DNA of 32,000 nt from a virus. The translations under genes and the position numbers were made by a program. The DNA is taken from positions 3,282 to 35,281 of the IMG/VR virus record IMGVR_UViG_3300045988_024411. The stretch is one strand, 5' to 3'. Numbering within the stretch: position 1 is the first letter of the stretch; every line of letters starts with the position of its first letter. Shown one piece after another: positions 7,559 to 13,899 of the stretch. The notes beneath the pieces were generated by a model. It saw only the letters and a list, made by a program, of their open reading frames with translations, did not search any database and was not told the DNA's origin.

Positions 7559-8061
7559 TCAATTCGACCGTACTCGTTGGGCGCTTAACCCGTGACCCAG
7601 AACTAAAATACACGACCAGTAACATCGCAGTAGCCACATTCAGCCTAGCCGTTAACCGCAACTTCAAGGACGCTAACGGCGAACGTGAAACGGACTTTAT
7701 CAACTGCGTTATCTGGAGACAGCAAGCTGAGAATTTGGCTAACTGGGCTAAAAAAGGCGCATTGATTGGGATTACTGGACGCATCCAAACCCGTAGCTAT
7801 GAGAATCAGCAAGGGCAACGAGTGTATGTCACTGAGGTAGTCGCTGAGAACTTCCAAATGCTAGAAAGCCGTGCGGCGCGTGAAGGCAGTAGCGCAACTC
7901 AAGGCAACACATCGGGAGCGTTTGGCAATGATAACGGTGGCTATGCTGGGCCTTATGGTCAGCAAGCACCGCAACAGCAAGGGCCAAACTTTGCGAGAGA
8001 TAACGGTCCGTACGGGAACAGTAACCCAATGGACATCACGGATGACATGCTGCCATTCTAG
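7555..8061 (+). CDS. ssb: Single-stranded DNA-binding protein
   Basis: OB-fold N-terminus [20 protein letters not shown]...[47 protein letters not shown], a G/Q/N-rich linker and an acidic tail DITDDMLPF. Confidence 0.95.
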   Translation: MINSTVLVGRLTRDPELKYTTSNIAVATFSLAVNRNFKDANGERETDFINCVIWRQQAENLANWAKKGALIGITGRIQTRSYENQQGQRVYVTEVVAENFQMLESRAAREGSSATQGNTSGAFGNDNGGYAGPYGQQAPQQQGPNFARDNGPYGNSNPMDITDDMLPF

Positions 8062-8072
8062 TTGGGTGAACT

Positions 8073-8465
8073 ATGAAATTAGAATTTCTATTACCAAGGT
8101 CAAAAGCTAAACCTGCTCAAAATCTAGTTATCAACAGTAACGACAGATTTCACTATCAAGCAGAGGGCCGAATGGTCAAGAAACTGCGATTGATAGCAAG
8201 AGCAGAAGCAGGACTTAACATTAAGCCGGTATATAGCCCAGATAAGCCTTGTAAAGTGCTTGTCACGGTTTATGCACCAACCAGACGAAGATTAGACCCA
8301 CCTAACCTATATCCTACTGTTAAAGCCCTTATAGACGGCTTGACGGATGCCAATTTGTGGCCAGACGACAATCACGAAGTTATCAAAATGATGTCGTTTC
8401 AGTATGGCAGGCTAAGTGGTGAATCTGGGAAATTTAAGATTGTGTTAGATATCGAAGGAGCTTGA
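8073..8465 (+). CDS. rusA: RusA-family Holliday junction resolvase
   Basis: NSNDRFHYQAEG... and ...APTRRRLDPPNLYPTVKALIDGLTDANLWPDDNHEV align by eye with E. coli RusA (SNNRYY..AEG; PDRRRRDLDNL.KA.FDALT.AGFW.DD.QV). Confidence 0.8.
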   Translation: MKLEFLLPRSKAKPAQNLVINSNDRFHYQAEGRMVKKLRLIARAEAGLNIKPVYSPDKPCKVLVTVYAPTRRRLDPPNLYPTVKALIDGLTDANLWPDDNHEVIKMMSFQYGRLSGESGKFKIVLDIEGA

Positions 8466-8705
8466 ATGAATAGCAAATATAAAGACAAGCTTGTTGGTGT
8501 ATACGCACCGGGCAACTATGGGCATACTAGCGTATTAGATCAGACACAAGAATTTTCAAGGTGGTTTTGGTCTAATCGTAAGGACATGGAGCTTATCAGC
8601 GTTAAGCTAGGTATCGACATTAAAAAGCTCAATCGTATTCTGACACTGGAGCAGTTACCGGATGAAGGCTTGTTAAGAAAGATGGTCGAGCTATGCAATG
8701 GTTAA
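8466..8705 (+). CDS. Hypothetical protein (79 aa)
   Basis: The ATG is directly adjacent to the upstream stop (TGAATG). Same-strand operon packing. Confidence 0.55.
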   Translation: MNSKYKDKLVGVYAPGNYGHTSVLDQTQEFSRWFWSNRKDMELISVKLGIDIKKLNRILTLEQLPDEGLLRKMVELCNG

Positions 8706-8801
8706 GACGATTTATAGCAAAGAATCCGGCAAAGGTTTTCAGAGAAGGTGCTAAGTATGGCGGTAGCAAGTGCCATGAAGTGGAGTTAAAGGAGGTTAGT
8801 A

Positions 8802-9011
8802 ATGGCTAAATTTATTAGAGTTACAAACATCGCACAAGGAATTGATATGGACACAATTTTAAATGTCGATGATATCGGGCACATCTCTATTGGCCCTAAT
8901 ATCATTTTTGTAAAAACGCCGTTCGCAGACGGGACAAATCGGATTTATGTAAGAACCGAAACGATTGAGCAGTTAGAAAAGATTTTGCTAGAGGGAGAAA
9001 ACAATGGATAG
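8802..9011 (+). CDS. Hypothetical protein (69 aa)
   Basis: AAGGAGG SD 7 nt upstream. Overlaps the next gene by 8 nt. Confidence 0.6.
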   Translation: MAKFIRVTNIAQGIDMDTILNVDDIGHISIGPNIIFVKTPFADGTNRIYVRTETIEQLEKILLEGENNG

Positions 9012-9510
9012 ACAAGAAGCAGTAAATCGAGAAGAAGCAGTGCGGACAATATCAAGGATATCTGGTGGTTCTGTATCTTACGCAGAAGACCTATATGACT
9101 CGTTCTTCGAGAAACCAGTGGTGCCGCAATACGTGGCGGATTGGTATGAGGAACATAAGAATGACTTAAATGAGGATATTTGGGCATATCTTACAAGCTG
9201 GGCTGATACGAAATGGGACGAGTTCAAATACTGGATGTACCATACTGGCAAGAACGAAGCCATCACTACTATCGTCAATATGCACCAGTTTGGCTACGAG
9301 GTCGAGAAAGAGGCTAGGTACACGGTTAAAATTAAAGGCCGTTTAGGGCAATATCTAGGCAAATATTACTTAAACAACGAGGAATTAACGCCACAGTTTA
9401 CAAGGACTCAATATAGTGAGGGTGGAAGTTTTACGAGAACAGAGCTAGAAGCGAACGGCTTTGGCTGGGTGTTTGATTGCCCAGGCGTTGAAGTGAAAGA
9501 GGTGGAGTGA
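9004..9510 (+). CDS. DUF1642-like phage protein (168 aa)
   Basis: Trp/Tyr-rich N-terminal half and C-terminal ...ELEANGFGWVFDCPGVEVKEVE, as I recall for streptococcal and lactococcal phage DUF1642 proteins. Confidence 0.6.
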   Translation: MDRQEAVNREEAVRTISRISGGSVSYAEDLYDSFFEKPVVPQYVADWYEEHKNDLNEDIWAYLTSWADTKWDEFKYWMYHTGKNEAITTIVNMHQFGYEVEKEARYTVKIKGRLGQYLGKYYLNNEELTPQFTRTQYSEGGSFTRTELEANGFGWVFDCPGVEVKEVE

Positions 9511-9767
9511 TGAAGATTAAAAATTATAAATACACTACTAACGAAATTAGCTACACTGCATGTTACGACGTTCTGGAAGCAGAAATAACTCACGAGCGTA
9601 CAGAGTATGGCGTTCGCACCACAGATATTTACGATTTTCTTGAGGAAGTGTCTATATACAGTCCCGAAGATGCAGACGCAATCGAAGCTTTCATAGATTT
9701 TCAAAATAATTTAGTGCTAGAAAATGTCGAATTTGAAATCGAGAATGCGGAGGTAACGGATGAATAA
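9507..9767 (+). CDS. Hypothetical acidic protein (86 aa)
   Basis: ATGA overlap with the upstream gene. Operon packing. Confidence 0.55.
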   Translation: MMKIKNYKYTTNEISYTACYDVLEAEITHERTEYGVRTTDIYDFLEEVSIYSPEDADAIEAFIDFQNNLVLENVEFEIENAEVTDE

Positions 9768-10074
9768 TCTGATTACTAAAATCAACCGCTGGGCAGACGA
9801 GCGAAATTTAAAACAAGCTGACCCAAAGATTCAGTGGATGCGAATCACGGAGGAGGTCGGAGAAATTCGGGATGTCCTCTTGAAACCAACGAAATTCACA
9901 GAACCACAAGCAGCACTCAAGGATGCTATCGGTGACACGCTGGTAACAATTATCGTACTAGCACATCAACTAGACCTCGATGTGACTGAGTGTCTCGGTA
10001 TTGCTTACGAGGAGATTAAGAACAGAAAGGGAAAGATGATAAATGGCACATTCGTCAAGGAGGAAGACCTTTGA
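9760..10074 (+). CDS. MazG-like nucleotide pyrophosphohydrolase (all-alpha NTP-PPase)
   Basis: EEVGEIRD and AIGDTLVTIIVLA metal-binding helices, and C-terminal ...YEEIKNRKGKMINGTFVKEE, which is typical of small phage MazG-like proteins. Confidence 0.75.
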   Translation: MNNLITKINRWADERNLKQADPKIQWMRITEEVGEIRDVLLKPTKFTEPQAALKDAIGDTLVTIIVLAHQLDLDVTECLGIAYEEIKNRKGKMINGTFVKEEDL

Positions 10075-11201
10075 AATTCATTGATCTATTCGCAGGCATA
10101 GGCGGATTCAGACTAGGAATGGAATCGGCAGGGCATGAGTGCGTGGGATTCTGCGAAATCGACAAGTTCGCTAGGGCGAGCTATAAAGCAATTCATAACA
10201 CTGAAGGAGAAATAGAACTACATGACATTACCACAGTCACAGATGAAGAAATTAGAAACATCGGACACGTTGACATTATATGCGGAGGATTTCCGTGCCA
10301 AGCTTTCAGCATTGCTGGAGCTAGACGAGGATTCGAAGATACTAGAGGAACTCTCTTCTTTGAAATCGCAAGGTTCGCCGCTATTCTCAAACCTAAGTAT
10401 CTATTCCTTGAAAATGTCAAAGGACTCCTTAACCACGGCAAAGGAGATACCTTCGAGACAATCCTCTCAGCGTTGGATGAACTCGGGTATGATGTGGAGT
10501 GGCAAGTGCTTAACAGCAAAGATTTCGGAGTACCACAAAACAGGGAACGTGTGTTCATTATCGGACATCTTAGAGGAGAATGTGGACGAAAGATTTTTCC
10601 TATCGGAGGAAATGGCGCAACGATTGATTGTGAATGGCCAAAGATAAAGAAAGTTGGGAATATCAGAAAAAAAGGCAAATCACAGAGTAGAGATGTGGTT
10701 TCAATCGACTCTTTGGCGCCTACCCTTTGCAACACGACAACGCAGAAAGACCCTTTAAAAATATTGCTCGCTGGCAACCTACCAGGATCACACGAACAGA
10801 ATGGCAGAGTCTACGATGTCAACGGCATCTCGCCAACTCTAAACACCATGCAGGGTGGGGACAGGCAACCCAAAATCCGTGTCCGTGAAGCAACTAAACA
10901 AGGCTATGCTGAAGCGAGTGTGGGGGATAGTGTTAATTTAGCACATCCGAACTCTAAAACACGCAGAGGGAGAGTTGGGAAACAGATTGCTAATACTCTA
11001 TTGACTGGCGAGAGCCAAGGCGTGGTTGAGCCTAGTTTCCGCATTCGCAAGCTAACACCTCGTGAGTGTTGGAGATTGCAAGGTTTCCCAGATTGGGCTT
11101 TTGATAAAGCACAAGAAGTAAACAGTAACAGTCAGCTATATAAGCAAGCCGGGAACAGCGTGACCGTCAATGTCATTAAAGAAATAGCGAGGCGTCTATG
11201 A
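10071..11201 (+). CDS. DNA (cytosine-5)-methyltransferase, orphan (no restriction endonuclease partner in the window)
   Basis: All canonical motifs are present: I FAGIGGF, IV GGFPCQAFS, VI ENVKGL, VIII QNRERVFIIG, IX TPRECWRLQGFPD, X GNSVTVNV. The TTG start overlaps the upstream stop. Confidence 0.95.
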   Translation: MKFIDLFAGIGGFRLGMESAGHECVGFCEIDKFARASYKAIHNTEGEIELHDITTVTDEEIRNIGHVDIICGGFPCQAFSIAGARRGFEDTRGTLFFEIARFAAILKPKYLFLENVKGLLNHGKGDTFETILSALDELGYDVEWQVLNSKDFGVPQNRERVFIIGHLRGECGRKIFPIGGNGATIDCEWPKIKKVGNIRKKGKSQSRDVVSIDSLAPTLCNTTTQKDPLKILLAGNLPGSHEQNGRVYDVNGISPTLNTMQGGDRQPKIRVREATKQGYAEASVGDSVNLAHPNSKTRRGRVGKQIANTLLTGESQGVVEPSFRIRKLTPRECWRLQGFPDWAFDKAQEVNSNSQLYKQAGNSVTVNVIKEIARRL

Positions 11202-11485
11202 AGAAACATAAAGATTTAAGCATTGCCACAGTTCTACTACTAGTCTCGCTAGCGATTAACGTGACTACTATTCTACGAGTGGTCAACAGACCAGTAGAAG
11301 CTATTGTGGTGCACAAGGCTGACAATGCCACTGTATTGCACGGGAAAATTACCGGCAAGGAAATGGTCGGAAAACTCTACACGCTCGATTGTGGAGCTTA
11401 TGGAAAGTTCCTAGTGAGTAAGGAACAGTACGACAGTGTTAATGTCGGGGATGATATCCCGAGCTACTTAAGGGGGCGAGGATAA
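11198..11485 (+). CDS. Small N-terminally membrane-anchored protein (95 aa)
   Basis: ATGA overlap with the upstream gene. A single hydrophobic helix, LSIATVLLLVSLAINVTTIL. Confidence 0.6.
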   Translation: MKKHKDLSIATVLLLVSLAINVTTILRVVNRPVEAIVVHKADNATVLHGKITGKEMVGKLYTLDCGAYGKFLVSKEQYDSVNVGDDIPSYLRGRG

Positions 11486-11880
11486 TGATTCCAAGATTCA
11501 GAGTGTGGGATAAGACCTGTAAAACGATGTACGAAGTTGATGATATTATGTCTATCGATTTCGGGAAAAGCGAAATTTCTGTAAAAACGCTCTTTTTCGA
11601 ACGGACAAATTACTACAAATTCGATGACCTTGTTCTCATGCAGTCAACTGGACTGAGAGACAAGAATGGCAAAGAGATTTTCGAAGGGGATATCGTTGAT
11701 TACAAAGGGAAAAAAGCAGTCGTCAAATGGCATGGGTCTTATGCAAGTTTCGTTTACATGTTTGTGGATGAATCGAGAGACAGGAATCAAGAATGGGATC
11801 CGCTATATCTTTCTTATTTTCACTTTGAAGTGGTTGGCAATAAATTTGAAACACCAGCATTATTAGAGGTAAGCTCATGA
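11485..11880 (+). CDS. YopX-family protein
   Basis: MIPRFRVWDK..., LMQSTGLRDKNGKEIFEGDIV and EVVGNKFETPALLE are hallmark YopX blocks. Confidence 0.85.
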   Translation: MIPRFRVWDKTCKTMYEVDDIMSIDFGKSEISVKTLFFERTNYYKFDDLVLMQSTGLRDKNGKEIFEGDIVDYKGKKAVVKWHGSYASFVYMFVDESRDRNQEWDPLYLSYFHFEVVGNKFETPALLEVSS

Positions 11881-12587
11881 GCGTGAAATACAAATATTCC
11901 GGACTGACACCAGAATTATATCAGCTGTTGGTCAGTGAGCATGCATCACTGAAGAAAGCACACAAAAAAGGCTCATATAAGCAGTTTTTCCAAGAAGTGC
12001 GACAGTGCGATGAGTTACAAGCTCGCATCATATATCAAGCATTCAACGCCGCAGTTGTGGAACGTGCGAGGATATCGCCAGCGACAGTCGATAGACTGGA
12101 AGGCATTATTTCTGATGAATTATTTTGCGACCTTCAAGGTTATCTGTCCACTAATTATACAAGGGGTAAAACCACGCGCCCAGTGTTGAATAAAACCAAC
12201 GCAGGACTGCCAGAGGGCTTATTCAAGCGATTCCAGGAAGAAGTGGAAGAACTACGCAAGGAACACCCTAGAGATCTAAATAGCTATATTAGGGAAATCA
12301 AGGGTTGCAATCAGAGAGATGCTAACAGAGCCCAATACTCCCTAAATCGCTGCAATGCAGAAGACATCACCTTGACACCTTTAAGGCTCATTCAAATGGA
12401 AGGCTTACTTTCCAGAGACTTATTCAGCAAGATTGCTAGTTATGTCTTCAATAACTACGATTGGCCCGAAAAATTGGATGAGGATGCTGACCGCATTATG
12501 CTTGAGTACCGAACTAAAGGCAAGCTAGGCAAGGATAAAATCGCGGTCAGAAAAGCCTTATATAAAGCCTATTCGTTAGGCGTGTAG
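11877..12587 (+). CDS. Hypothetical protein built from two tandem ~100-aa repeats (236 aa). Last gene of the early operon.
   Basis: ATGA overlap with the upstream gene. The internal duplication is visible by eye (see findings). Confidence 0.65.
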   Translation: MSVKYKYSGLTPELYQLLVSEHASLKKAHKKGSYKQFFQEVRQCDELQARIIYQAFNAAVVERARISPATVDRLEGIISDELFCDLQGYLSTNYTRGKTTRPVLNKTNAGLPEGLFKRFQEEVEELRKEHPRDLNSYIREIKGCNQRDANRAQYSLNRCNAEDITLTPLRLIQMEGLLSRDLFSKIASYVFNNYDWPEKLDEDADRIMLEYRTKGKLGKDKIAVRKALYKAYSLGV

Positions 12588-12626
12588 CTAGAACGGTTTA
12601 TGAGGGTTCGACTCCCTTACTAGCTA
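12585..12626 (+). ncRNA. tRNA-like minihelix 1 (7-bp acceptor-like stem, GG linker and canonical T-arm; no D or anticodon arms)
   Basis: TAGCTAG / AACGGTTTA / TGAGGG-TTCGACT-CCCTTA / CTAGCTA, followed by TTACCA. The stem overlaps the stop codon of the upstream gene. Confidence 0.5.
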
Positions 12627-12629
12627 TTA

Positions 12630-12760
12630 CCAGTCAATCTAAATATAGAATCGAGGAATCCTTTATTTTTTTCATTCAAATCAGCAGAAGCGGGACTGGT
12701 CGTGGATGCTACCAAAATCCAGTAAATCTAAAACATAGAAAGTAGGTATCCTTTATTTTT
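12630..12760. repeat. Two copies of a ~43-nt direct repeat (CCAGTnAATCTAAA..ATAGAA..G.AGG.ATCCTTTATTTTT)
   Basis: Copy a is at 12630-12672 and copy b at 12719-12760. A third AATCTAAA lies at 12771-12778, and an inverted GCTACCAGTAAT at 12783-12794. Confidence 0.75.
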
Positions 12761-12898
12761 ATCTTTACAAAATCTAAAGCGCATTACTGGTAGCGTGATT
12801 CTTTAAGGCTTATGCCTGCACTTAATTAGATATAGGCCAGAAATCTCTATAATTCTACCTAACTTTATTTCTTGTTTAAAAGTCTATTATTATGAGTT

Positions 12899-12923
12899 CA
12901 AAAAAAGAAGGAGGAAAACCTCC
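12899..12923 (-). terminator. Hairpin GGAGG-AAAA-CCTCC flanked by an A7 run. It is an intrinsic terminator if read on the minus strand, or an SD/anti-SD hairpin on the plus strand.
   Basis: The minus strand reads GGAGGTTTTCCTCC followed by TTCTTTTTTTG. Confidence 0.35.
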
Positions 12924-12945
12924 GAAAATGATTTCTCTATATCTA

Positions 12946-12988
12946 GGCGAGAATGGTTTTATCATGGGTTCGATTCCCGTGGCTCGTC
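12946..12988 (+). ncRNA. tRNA-like minihelix 2 (paralogue of minihelix 1)
   Basis: GGCGAG / AATGGTTTTAT / CATGGG-TTCGATT-CCCGTG / G / CTCGTC. The architecture matches copy 1, with compensatory changes in both stems. Confidence 0.5.
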
Positions 12989-13187
12989 ATTGTCTGTCAA
13001 AACACTAAAAAATAAGAATAGATTTTTTAGTGGCTTGAACACTTTTTCGACACGAGCAAGCTGACAGACCTTGCTCAAAACAAAACCCGGCAAATATAAG
13101 AAAAAAGGATGTGAAAGGCCCTCTTTCTTATTGATATCAAAATTGCATTTACTACAGCGATTAGCAATCTTGCCGGTATTGCTGATC

Positions 13188-13201
13188 TAGAAGGAGGTGA
13201 T
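13188..13201 (+). promoter_or_regulatory. Orphan super-Shine-Dalgarno sequence (TAGAAGGAGGTGAT) with no ORF behind it. Candidate STAB-SD-type mRNA stabiliser in the arpU leader.
   Basis: AAGGAGGTGAT gives 11 nt of perfect complementarity to the canonical Firmicute 16S 3' tail (GAUCACCUCCUU). The downstream frames stop after 6 codons or fewer. Confidence 0.4.
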
Positions 13202-13354
13202 AAAGATAGCTTGAGAAACACCCAAGAATAAACACTTATTCTATCTTTTCAATAAAATCTCTTAACGTTTCTTGAGCTAAAATAAAAAAGACCGACACAA
13301 TGGCCGGCACTCTTTGAAAGTCAACACTACTATTATACCAGAGAGGGCAGAACA

Positions 13355-13771
13355 ATGCTATTGCCGGAAATTGATGAGAAAGCAACTATCAGAGGTTGCA
13401 AGCGTAAACTTCGAGAATATCCAAGATGGCGAGAAATTGCACACGATAGCGCTGAGCAGAAGATTACACAAGAGTTCACTTTCATGCCAAGAGGTGGCAA
13501 CGGAGTGAGCAGACCAGTGGAAAATATCGCAGTCAGACGTGTCGATGCTACGAACGAGCTAGAAGCCATAGAGCAAGCAGTTAGCGGGCTATATCGTCCA
13601 GACTATCGCAGAATACTGATAGAGAAATATCTGGCATACCCACCGAAACCAAACTGGCAAATTGCCCAGGCAATCGGATTCGAGAGAACGGCTTTTCAAG
13701 AGCTACTTAATAATGCTATCCTAGCATTTGCTGAATTGTATAGAGATGGCAAATTGGTTGTAGAATGTTGA
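13355..13771 (+). CDS. arpU: ArpU-family late transcriptional regulator
   Basis: 138 aa. ...REYPRWREIA..., ...NELEAIEQAVSGL..DYRRILIEKYL... and C-terminal ...AILAFAELYRDGKLVV, plus its position directly upstream of terS. Confidence 0.85.
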   Translation: MLLPEIDEKATIRGCKRKLREYPRWREIAHDSAEQKITQEFTFMPRGGNGVSRPVENIAVRRVDATNELEAIEQAVSGLYRPDYRRILIEKYLAYPPKPNWQIAQAIGFERTAFQELLNNAILAFAELYRDGKLVVEC

Positions 13772-13774
13772 AAT

Positions 13775-13838
13775 GACGGTATTTTGACGGATAAAGCACG
13801 GTATCTTACAACTGTTTAAAGTGGTATTATTATATTAT
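13775..13838 (+). promoter_or_regulatory. Candidate late promoter: three 8-bp direct repeats phased at 11 bp, then an AT-rich -10 region
   Basis: GACGGTAT (13775), GACGGATA (13786) and CACGGTAT (13797), followed by TATTATTATATTAT at 13825-13838. Confidence 0.45.
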
Positions 13839-13851
13839 CGAAGAAAATCAG

Positions 13852-13880
13852 AGACAGCTCACTTTGTGGGTTGTCTTTTT
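13852..13880 (+). terminator. Leader terminator or attenuator hairpin between the late promoter and terS
   Basis: AGACAGCTCAC-TTT-GTGGGTTGTCT forms an 11-bp stem (2 G-U pairs) followed by TTTT. It lies 20 nt upstream of the terS start. Confidence 0.55.
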
Positions 13881-13899
13881 CAGTATCAGAAAGGAGTTG

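Noticed and set aside
12585-12988. Calling the two T-loop-containing elements genuine tRNA genes.
   Set aside because: Only about 42 nt are present in each. Only 9-11 nt lie between the acceptor-like 5' strand and the T-stem, so there is no D arm, anticodon arm or anticodon. I also could not assemble a split or permuted tRNA from the neighbouring sequence (12778-12820).
12928-13008. A 26-codon ORF (MISLYLGENGFIMGSIPVARHCLSKH) behind the GAAGGAGG at 12907.
   Set aside because: The SD is 13 nt from the ATG and locked in a hairpin. The peptide is simply the translation of minihelix 2 and has no protein-like features. It is kept only as an alternative in the findings.
13314-13508. A 64-aa ORF overlapping the 5' end of arpU in another frame, and the antisense 78-aa ORF at 13333-13569.
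   Set aside because: The arpU frame has clear family motifs along its whole length. The overlapping frames have no SD and show no recognisable family motifs.
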